Assembly: GCF_006345805.1 (NCBI RefSeq)
Contig: NW_021824326.1
Coordinates: forward strand, 1-19,263
DNA: 19,263 nt
Direction of reading: 5' to 3'
Source of the DNA: Octopus sinensis
Taxonomy: Eukaryota
Of the stretch, positions 10,211 through 19,263 are shown one piece after another (the first letter of the stretch is position 1; every line of letters starts with the position of its first letter). A program made the translations under genes and the position numbers. Below the pieces are notes generated by a model that was not told the origin of the DNA, did no database searches, and was given only the letters and a program-made list of their open reading frames with translations.

Positions 10211-10977
10211 TATTTCTTTATTGCCCACAGGGGCCAAACGTAGAGGGGACAAGCCAGGACAGACAAAGGGATTAAGTCGATTATATCGACCCCAGTGCGT
10301 AACTGCTACTTATTTAATCGACCCCGAAAGGATGAAACGCAAAGTCGACTTCGGCGGAATTTGAACTCAGAGCGCGAAGACAGACGAAATACCTATTTCT
10401 TTACTATCCACAAGGGGCTAAACATAGAGGAGACAAACAAGGACAGACAAACGGATTAAGTCGATTATATCGACCCCAGTGTGTAACTAATCGACGCCGA
10501 AAGGATGAAAGGCAAATTCGACCTCGGCGGAATTTGAACTCAGAACGTAGCGGCAGACAAAATACCTATTTCTTTACTACCCACAAGGGGCTAAACACAG
10601 AGAGGACAAACAAGGACAGACAAACGGATTTAAGTCGATTATGCCGACCCCAGTAACTGGTACTTATTTAATCGACCCCGAAAGGATGAAAGGCAAAGTC
10701 GACCTCGTGGAATTCGAACTCAGAACGTAGCGGCAGACGAAATACCTATTTCATTACTACACACAAGGGGCTAAACACAGAGAGGACAAACAAGGACAGA
10801 CAAACGGATTTAAGTCGATCATATCGACCCCAGTAACTGTTACTTATTTAATCGCCCCCGAAAGGATGAAAGGCAAAGTCCACCTCGGCGGAATTTGAAC
10901 TCAGAACGTAGCGGCAGATGAAATACTGCTAAGCATTTCGCCCGGCGTGTAACGTTTCAAAACCAGTTTATTGCCTT
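10211..10977 (-). mobile_element. Head-to-tail tetramer of tRNA-derived SINE family A
   Basis: Four ~173-183-bp units (starts 10211, 10394, 10567, 10747); only the unit at the 5' end on the minus strand has the upstream head (10927-10977); each unit has B-box-like GAGTTCAAATTCC. Confidence 0.9.
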
Positions 10978-11968
10978 CCTAACATGTAAAATATTAATAA
11001 AAGATTAAAAGATAAGCAGTGGGATCACTTAATTCAATGTTTCATAAATTAAATGATGTAATTATAGCAATTAACCAATCCTCAAAGAGAAAAGCAGGAT
11101 TCGCATATCCAAGAAAAATCTCATTAAGCAAATTTTGTTTATTCATTATTCATAGTCAAAACATTAAACATTTTTTGTTTCATTCGCGTGTAATTCATTG
11201 TAGCGAATGAATTTTAAACGGCTGTAATTCCAGTTGGATGGAATATTCTGCAGATACATTCTTCGTTTAGGGGACGCCAGAAGCCCTACTTACAGAAGTG
11301 GAACTCGCATGGCCAATTAGATTTCAATTGTCAACTGCTTGCAATGCTTTCATAACAATTTAGCCTTTGTGTCTTGTCTTCGTTGATTCGTGGTCGAACA
11401 GTCTTTGTAGCTATAATTCAATAACTTTGTTTCTAGAAACATCTTTAGGGAGAGGCCTAACGTATTTTCATCTAAACGGATTTCTTTCGCTTCGACCATG
11501 CTGAGACTTGTTGCTTGCACGTAATGTTCTGTTGCAATATTAACAGTTGTCTAAAGTAATTTGAATGCTTCAGATCTCGCGTTTAGATTTACACCAGACT
11601 GATAAAAGAAACTGTAGGAATAAAGCAGGATTAACAACTTGCTGAAAACGGAAGCATTGCGTCTTGAATTCGAATTAGCAAAACGTAGGAGGTATGGCTT
11701 GAATTCTTGCGTGAGGATGGGAAACAAAATAAACCACCCAAGGAAAATAGAGTGATGTTAAACTATGCGGTGGTTTGCCTATCACACAGTTTTCATTTTT
11801 GAGTTATTTCCTTAGTAAAGGAAAGTAAACGCATCAACGAGTAACGAAGGGTGGGGAGTGTTTCGAAATGACAGTAAACAAACGCATACAGAAAATACAC
11901 ACAGACACACCCTTGTATGTATGTATGTACGTATGCATCGATGTATGTAAGTACGTATATCTATATAT

Positions 11969-12013
<45 letters not shown>

Positions 12014-12073
12014 ATATGTGCATGGATGTATATAAGTATATATTCATATATGTATATGAATATGCGTGTAGAT

Positions 12074-12308
12074 ATAGGCGCAGGAGTAGCTGTGTGAAAA
12101 GAAGCCTCCCGTCCAACCACGTGGGTCCAGGTTATGTCACACTGCGTGGCACATTGGGCAAGTGTCTTCTAATATAGCCCCGGGCCGACAAGACTCTTAC
12201 GAGGAGATTTTTGACGAGAATTGACAGAAGCCCGTTATACAATATATGCGTGTGAGTGTGTGCGTTCTTGTGTGTGTGAGTGTGTGTGTGTTTGTGTGTG
12301 CATACGCT

Positions 12309-12341
<33 letters not shown>

Positions 12342-12625
12342 ATGCGCTCTCGTGTATGCATGAGTGTGTGTGTGTACATGTACGTATATACATGAATGCA
12401 TGTACTTATCTAAATGTGCGTATCTTTGTGTTTGTACCCAACACTGACAACCGGTATCGGTGTGTTTATGTCCCTGTGAATTTAGGCTTCGGCAATAAAC
12501 AGAGTGAGAATAACTATCAGGCTTAAAAACGGAAAAGGAAAAGTATTGGGGTTAAAGATTTCGACTCTTGGAGGTAGTGCCCCAGCATCGCCACAATCTA
12601 ACGACTGAAACAGGTAAAAGATAAA
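12074..12625 (+). mobile_element. SINE family C, diverged full-length copy with an internal (TG)n microsatellite
   Basis: Degenerate tRNA-like head AGGCGCAGGAGTAGCTGTGTG...GGTTATGTCACACTG; CTTGGGCAAGTG-like core; (TG)n at about 12245-12410; 3' part matches 6396-6521. Confidence 0.75.
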
Positions 12626-12653
12626 CGATATATATATATATGTATATATATAT

Positions 12654-12820
12654 AGGGGGAAAATTCACGAAAAAAAGCGAAAGACGAAGACAGGTGGTGT
12701 AGAAAACAAACAGATGTATTAGTATAGCGCTCGGGAATTGAAAAAGTCTTTAACGTTTCGAGCCTACGCTCTTCCACAGAATTGAATACAAAAGAAACAA
12801 GGAGAGAAATAAGGAGAGCT
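12654..12820 (-). mobile_element. Hammerhead-bearing short repeat, family H2 (related to H1)
   Basis: Shares TATT..CGCTC(A/G)GGAA..TTTAACGTTTCGAGC with H1; motif TT-CTGTGGA-A-GAGC-GTAG-GCTC-GAAA-CG-TT-AAAG at 12748-12782 (-). Confidence 0.65.
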
Positions 12821-12834
12821 ATATATGTATGTTG

Positions 12835-12868
<34 letters not shown>

Positions 12869-12874
12869 ATATAT

Positions 12875-13075
12875 AGTTAATCCAAACAAGAAAGCACAAA
12901 AAAAACACAAAGCGAGGACGTGGAACAAATATAGTATTATTGGACGCTCAGGAAAAGAAAGAAGAAGGAGGGTTTAACGTTTCGAGCGGAGCTCTTCATC
13001 AGAAACATAGAAGGAAAGATCCAGAGAAGGGAAGACAGAGGAAAAAAATCGCCAACGTTACACACGCGGTCACAT
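12875..13075 (-). mobile_element. Family H1 copy 2 (201 bp)
   Basis: Same ends as copy 1 (AGTT(A/G)ATCCAAAC ... CGCGGTCACAT on +). Confidence 0.85.
12972..13006 (-). ncRNA. Intact minimal type I hammerhead ribozyme; predicted cleavage between 12976 and 12975
   Basis: GTTT-CTGATGA-A-GAGC-TCC-GCTC-GAAA-CG-TT-AAAC: stem I GTTT/AAAC, stem II GAGC/GCTC, palindromic ACGT stem III. Confidence 0.8.
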
Positions 13076-13120
13076 TTTGAAAGACCGGAAGGAAATATAT
13101 AAATATATATATATATATAT

Positions 13121-13431
13121 ATCACGTGATCATGTGACCGACCAGGCTATCAGATGTTGCTACACATTGCTGGTCACAATGCGCTTCGCATTGTCTTAGC
13201 CTTCAAATGACGCCACCCAGCTGGCTAAGCGAGCAGGCCAACAGAAGAAAGAGTGAGAGAAAGTTGCGGCGAAAGAGTACAGCAGGGATCGCCACCACCC
13301 CATGCCGGGGCTTCGTGGAGCTTTGGGTGTTTTCGCTCAATAAACACGAACAACGCCCGGTCTGGGAATCGAAACGGCGATCCTACGACCGCGAGTCCGC
13401 TGCCCTAACCACTGGGCCATTGCGCCTCCAC
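13121..13431 (-). mobile_element. Full-length tRNA-derived SINE family D
   Basis: GTGGAGGCGCAATGGCCCAGTGG (A-box) ... GTTTCGATTCCC (B-box); GA-rich middle on +; tail GGTCACATGATCACGTGAT. Confidence 0.9.
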
Positions 13432-13455
13432 ACACACACACACATACATATGTAC

Positions 13456-13499
<44 letters not shown>

Positions 13500-13988
13500 G
13501 GATAGGTCTTTGTTAAACTTATTAACATTTGAAATCTAGGATGCATCTCCGTGTCTGTGTTTACACATTATTAAATTAAAACTAATGTATATTACTTATT
13601 ACTTGAGTAAAATTGTGGCAAAAAGTAGCAAAATTAGTTAAGTAGTTAACAGTGTAATTTCTTTCAACATATATTTAAATAGAAAATATAAATAAGTTAA
13701 TGTCTTCGACACCTTATGGCTTTTCTTAGACGGATAATATTCAATGTTTGGGTTGTGTTTTGTTAGTTTGTTTATCTGAAATTTTTTGTCGATTTCGAGT
13801 ATAATTTTTTAAAACTATGCATTGTTCTAGATTGGACGTAATTGCACTATATACGTAGACACATATATAAACACATTCATCATACACTCATATATATAGG
13901 CATAAAAACACACACACTAACACATATTTAACGTATATTCCGTAAGGAACGTAGCACAGTACAGTATAAAGCTCGTTCATCCTTAGAA

Positions 13989-14295
13989 GGTCGACCTCGG
14001 CGAATTTTGAACTCAGAACATAAAGACAGACGAAATGCCTATTTCTTTAGTGCCCACAGGGGCTAAATATAGAGCCAGGACAGACAAAAGGATAAAGTCG
14101 ATTACATTGACCCCAGTGCGTAACTGGTACTTATTTAATCGACCCCGAAAGGATGAAAGGCAAATTCAACCTCGGCAGAACTTGAACTCAGAGCGTAGCG
14201 GCAGACTAAATACCTATTTCTTTACTACCCACAAGGGGCTAAACACAGAGGGGACAAACAAGGAAAGACAAAGGGATTAAGACGATTATATCGTC
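13989..14295 (-). mobile_element. Second SINE family A multimer (partial, full 175-bp and partial units)
   Basis: Junctions GAAATGCCTATTTC (14032-14045) and TAAATACCTATTTC (14207-14220) match those at 10386, 10559 and 10739. Confidence 0.9.
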
Positions 14296-14310
14296 TATAT
14301 ATATATAGTT

Positions 14311-14379
14311 GATTGTGGTTTCGATTCCTGAACCAGGCTGTGCGTTGTGTTCTTGGATAAAACACTTAATTTCACGTTG
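14311..14379 (+). mobile_element. SINE family B head fragment
   Basis: GGTTTCGATTCC B-box followed by GCGTTGTGTTCTTGG...ACACTTAATTTCACGTTG. Confidence 0.65.
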
Positions 14380-14554
14380 GCTAATTCTGCGATGCACCGG
14401 CGTCACACAAAGTTCGGGAAACCTGCCGAATGAGCCTTGGGCTAGGGAAACGAAGATTACCACCAGCCACCACCACCACCAATACTACTACTACTACAGC
14501 TGTTGTTGACATTACTATTCAATGAGGCTGATGGCGGTGTTGAAGGCGATGTTA

Positions 14555-15125
14555 CAGCTACTACTACTACTACTACTTCTACTACTACTGCTACTACTAC
14601 AACTACTATTACTACTACTACTACTATTACAACTACTATTACTACTACTTCTACTACTACTTACTATTACTACTCCTATTACTAATCCTACTACTACTCC
14701 TACTACTACTTCCACTACTACTACTACTTCTACTACTACTACTACTACCTCAGCTGCTGCTACCACTACTACTACAGCTACTACTACTACCTCAGCTACT
14801 GCCACCATTACTACTACAACTACTAGTACTTCTACTACCTCAGCTACTGCCACTACTACTACTACTACTACTATCACCTCAGCTACTGCCACCACTACTG
14901 CTACAACTACTACTACTACCTCAACTACTGCCACCACTACTACTACAGCTACTACTACTACCTCAGCTACTGCCACCACTACAACTACAACTACTACTAC
15001 TTCTACTATCTCAGCTACTGCCACCACTACTACTACAGCTACTACTACTACCTCAGCTACTGCCACCACCACCACTACTACTATTACTACTACAACCTCA
15101 GCTGCTGCCACTACTACTGCTGCTG
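14555..15125. repeat. (ACT)n-based repeat with a 39-48-bp higher-order unit (9 copies)
   Basis: CCTCAGCTACTGCCACC-like anchors at 14748, 14790, 14838, 14877, 14919, 14961, 15009, 15051 and 15096. Confidence 0.9.
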
Positions 15126-15499
15126 CTTTCGTCGCTGTCGCTGTTGTTGGCGCTACCATTTTCTGGTTGATTTAACATCGACATTGCTTTAGTAGAGTTC
15201 CGCCATCTAATGACAGCTAATGTCCAATGATAGACGAGAAACCAATAAACATCATAACATATATATTTATGTTACGCTGTCCAGCTATGTGTGTTCTGTT
15301 TGTATAAGTGTAGAGTTTTGTATATGTATATATATAATATATATATATATATAAGTAAAATGTATGCTCGTAGGTATGTACATTAACTTGAGCAAATATG
15401 TTAACATGTCTGTCCTTCTGTCTCGCTGTCTGAGTGAATTTATACTCACATATACGTATGTACATACACATACACACACGAATATATATATACATAAAT

Positions 15500-15700
15500 G
15501 TATGCATATAAATATACTTTATATAGTGTATATATATATATATATATATATACGTATATATATAATTATATTTATATATATAATTATATTATATACGTAT
15601 ATATATAATTTATTTATATATAGATAATTATATATATATATATATGCATATTATATATACAAGTATATTTATATATTACGTCTATATAAATATGTGTATG

Positions 15701-15746
<46 letters not shown>

Positions 15747-15918
15747 ATGTAGATATATGTATATATATACTAAAATTTCCAACTGGGTATATAACGCACC
15801 TCATCAATTATATAATACTTCAGTTATTACTTATATTTATTAAATATGAAAGAACGACACGTGTTTCAGTATTAGAAGATTAGAATGTATATACACAATC
15901 ACAACTGTATACCTATAT

Positions 15919-15961
<43 letters not shown>

Positions 15962-16154
15962 CATAATATATACATATATAAATACATATATGCAATTGTC
16001 AGATTTACAATTATTCCAACACATCTTCAGGTTCTATTTCAAAATATAATATATCTAATTTTATTCCCTTTAAAATAAACAATACAAGTAAGCATTAAGA
16101 TTAAAAATTACGAATTAAAAATTACGAATAAAAATTATACTTTGAATATTAAGA

Positions 16155-16189
<35 letters not shown>

Positions 16190-16527
16190 CATATATATAC
16201 GTATATATATATACATATATATATAAATTATACGTAATATACGATATATATATATATATATTATATATATGTGTATACGATATATATATATATATATATA
16301 TGTGTATACGTATATATACTATATATATGTATACGTATATATCGTATTATATATATATATATATATATAATACATACATTATATATATTATATGTATACG
16401 TATATATACGTATATAATATAAATACATATATATATATATATACGTATATATGCGTATATATACGTATAGATATGTACATATATGTATATATCTATGTAT
16501 ATATATTATATATACGTATATATACGT

Positions 16528-16565
<38 letters not shown>

Positions 16566-16595
16566 CGTATAAATACATAAATACATACATACATA

Positions 16596-16638
<43 letters not shown>

Positions 16639-16640
16639 CT
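15500..16640. repeat. Degenerate (TA)n/(TACG) microsatellite fields with short AT-rich interruptions
   Basis: Direct reading. Confidence 0.85.
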
Positions 16641-16719
16641 AAAATACAGAACAGGTCAAGAACGCAAAGCATCCGGACAACTAAGTGATACAAAAAGGGA
16701 CAACAAAACATCCAGATCG

Positions 16720-16783
16720 CCGATACGGTGGGCTAGTGGTTAAGAACGTGGGCTAATAACTCCAAGATTCCGCATTGGATTCT
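16720..16783 (+). mobile_element. Degenerate tRNA-derived SINE head
   Basis: TGGGCTAGTGGTTAAG (A-box-like) and TTGGATTC (B-box-like), followed by an (AAT)n run at about 16797-16865. Confidence 0.45.
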
Positions 16784-16809
16784 AAACAATAACCCGAATA
16801 ATAATAATA

Positions 16810-16864
<55 letters not shown>

Positions 16865-17030
16865 CTAGGCATAACAACTAGGCACAACAACAACGTGAAC
16901 TTCCAACCTGTTGTCTCTTGAGGTCTCTAGGTGAGACTTGGAACCAACTTGTACAAACATAAAGCAAAAGTCAAACATAGAATAATAATAATAATAATAA
17001 TAATAATTAATATTATTATTATTATAGTAA

Positions 17031-17200
17031 TATCGAAAAATACCTCAGGAATGAGAACCCAGGTTCGAAACTTCCCCCAAGACACCTGATGAAGGCTGGA
17101 AAGTTATATTAGCCGAAAAGTTGTGTTAACAACAAACAAGATATGGACAAATATCCGTTGAATATAAATTATGTAAATAACGTGCATAATTCCTCATCTC
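17031..17200 (+). mobile_element. Hammerhead-bearing short repeat, family H3 (Penelope-like terminal repeat)
   Basis: GACAC-CTGATGA-A-GGCTG-GAAAGTTATAT-TAGCC-GAAA-AG-TT-GTGTT at 17081-17127. Confidence 0.7.
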
Positions 17201-17689
17201 TTTATATACAATACAGTTATATATATATATATATATAAATATATATACTATATATATATATATATATATATAGTTATATAGATATCAGTCACGTGCCGTC
17301 AGTAATTACTCAGGGTAAGCATTTGGCGACCTTTATGTAGTAAAGCGATAAAAAATAAGCGAAAAACAGGCGCACTACTGAGCTGACGGCAGGGTTACTT
17401 CTGCTTTCATAGCACGTAAAGAAAATGTTGTTGTAGGAATGGACGCAGCATATGTACTACAGCAGGACTATGTGTAGCTTAAATGCTGAGATTGAAAAGC
17501 AGGGACGAATTATGCCAACCTAATCAAAAGAAAATTTCAATATCTTACATTTTTAGCGTAGTAATCTAACTAACCTTCATAATTTCCTAGAATTGGAAGC
17601 ATATTTTGCCATAAGAGGAAAATGCTGCTTTCGACCTACTTTATTCAAGGTAGGCACTGCCTACTTTACGTGCCTAGGCTCATGTGTCG

Positions 17690-17746
<57 letters not shown>

Positions 17747-17825
17747 ATATATATATTTATGCATGTATATATACTATATATGCATATGTATATACATATA
17801 AATTACACACCAACATACACAACAC

Positions 17826-17865
<40 letters not shown>

Positions 17866-17866
17866 A

Positions 17867-17990
17867 AGTTAATCCAAACATGAAGCACAAAAAACACAAC
17901 AAACGCGAGGACGTGGAACAATATAGTATTATTGGACGCTCAGGAAAGAAGGAGGGTTTAACGTTTCGAGCGGAGCCTTCGTCGGAAACA
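17867..17990 (-). mobile_element. Family H1 copy 3, truncated just beyond the hammerhead
   Basis: Same AGTTAATCCAAAC end; motif GTTT-CCGACGA-A-GGC-TCC-GCTC-GAAA-CG-TT-AAAC at 17956-17989 (-). Confidence 0.85.
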
Positions 17991-17995
17991 AAATG

Positions 17996-18036
<41 letters not shown>

Positions 18037-18274
18037 TATATTATGTATATATATGTATATATGTATATATATATATGTATATAATACATATATAATGAAT
18101 ATATACATACATATATATATGTATATATATATGTATATATACATATGTATATATATTATATATACATATGTATATATATATATATATATACATATGTATT
18201 ATATATATACATATATATATATACATATACATGTATATATACATTGTATATTACAATGCTAATATATGTATATA

Positions 18275-18316
<42 letters not shown>

Positions 18317-18813
18317 ATATCTATCTATATTATCTATTATCTATCTATATATAAGCACAATACTGTAGACACATACGCGCAAATCACATCGTTAGCAGCT
18401 GCAAAATCTAAATATCAGTAACACTTCAAGAAACATTGAGGAGTGTAAGTGCATTACTAACAACACGGACAGCAGCTTCATTACCATGCCTCTCTGAACG
18501 ACTTCCTACTGTAACAACAGCCCCGCCAGCTGCATCACCACTATCACCATCATCATCAATAAAATCAACAATAACAACGAAAACATCATACACTATGATA
18601 TATCAACGATCTCGGTCGCGTGTACTATTAATAGGAAAGAAAATATAAAAAGAGGAGAAACCGCCATTGCATTTAACTGCAAAATTACCTATCATATTAT
18701 TTCAGTAATTATTCTCACGTTCTCTATAAGTATGAAGAACACAATTAGTGGCTGATGAGGCGGCTTGGACAGGAGTCGTGACAGCAGTACGGGAAAAGTC
18801 GCCTCCTTTGCTG

Positions 18814-19263
18814 CCCATCCAAACCGGGCGATCTGCAACATGTACAATCGGTCATCGCCCGGAAATTTCATCGCCTGTTATCGACCTTTCACATATCCTA
18901 GCATCAGGTGTGGACAACCGCAGCAAGATGTCCAGTCCAGTTACGAGCTCTAAATTCCAAGAACCGTCGTCGACCCGTCGCCCTCTCCAAAGAGCGGCGC
19001 AAAGTGCTGTAGAAAAGCCACACACATCTGCTCGGGGCCGCGTAGCTCGCGCCCATCCCTATCCGTCAAAGACCTGATTGCGGTTTTGTTTCCGAGTCGC
19101 GTCCGCACCGTTGGGGTCCATTGGACAGCTTTAGTTCCTTCCTGTGTGAGCACATGGGCCTTAACTCTAACAACGCAATCTTCGTGTTTCGCTTCGAAGA
19201 AACGGTGATGGCTCAATCTCGCCACAGATTTGCTCAGTTGCTTGGCCTTACCCTGTTGAGCAG
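18814..19263 (-). mobile_element. Degenerate L1/Tx1-type LINE ORF2 fragment (linker region up to the SPGLDG motif before the RT domain), running off the window edge
   Basis: RFFEAKHEDCVVRVK...AIRSLTDRDGRELRGPEQMCVAFLQHFAPLF (18950-19225), then after frameshifts LRLSTPDARICERSITGDEI and AMTDCTCCRSPGLDG, matching the L1/Tx1 'I..L...G.......I......F..LF...LP.LS......E.PIT..EI..A......KSPGLDG' pattern; GC-rich relative to the window. Confidence 0.85.

Noticed and set aside
10211-10977. CRISPR-like repeat array
   Set aside because: Units are ~180-bp whole repeats with no unique spacers, contain Pol III B-boxes, and there are no cas genes; the context is eukaryotic.
11490-11700. Possible Penelope GIY-YIG remnant (DHAET...IYTRLIKETVGIK...RISKT*)
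   Set aside because: Several stops and frameshifts are needed and the similarity is too weak to call by eye; a profile-HMM search would decide.
13360-13431. tRNA gene (also 3421-3490, 4920-4982, 16720-16783)
   Set aside because: A and B boxes are present, but no acceptor stem closes and each continues into a SINE body or repeat.
9-18354. Most six-frame ORFs (YIYI, YLSI, HTHT, poly-I/N/L, VVVV)
   Set aside because: They are translations of stop-poor microsatellites with no domain-like content.
18752-18805. CTGATGA...GAAA at 18752
   Set aside because: No stem I or stem II can be formed, so it is not a hammerhead.
18748-19077. 109-aa plus-strand ORF as a gene
   Set aside because: It is antisense to the LINE ORF2 fragment and explained by its GC-rich codon structure.

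Overview
AT-rich, repeat-dominated, apparently non-coding eukaryotic DNA. The repeat families resemble those I recall from octopus (coleoid cephalopod) genomes; this assignment is an inference, not database-checked. No host protein-coding exon can be supported, and almost every ORF in the track is a translation of a microsatellite. Contents: many (TA)n/(CA)n/(CTAT)n/(AAT)n/(ACT)n microsatellites, some with higher-order periodicity; at least four tRNA-derived SINE families (full, truncated, chimeric, and head-to-tail multimers with a recurrent junction); a frameshifted L1/Tx1-type LINE ORF2 fragment at the right edge; and two long fold-back inverted repeats. The most notable signal is eight type I hammerhead-ribozyme-like motifs (most of the minimal type) with palindromic stem III, carried by about five short repeat families of Penelope-like terminal-repeat or retrozyme character. 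They include an intact copy at 12972-13006 (-) and a ~435-bp fold-back element (7691-8125) with a hammerhead on each strand.
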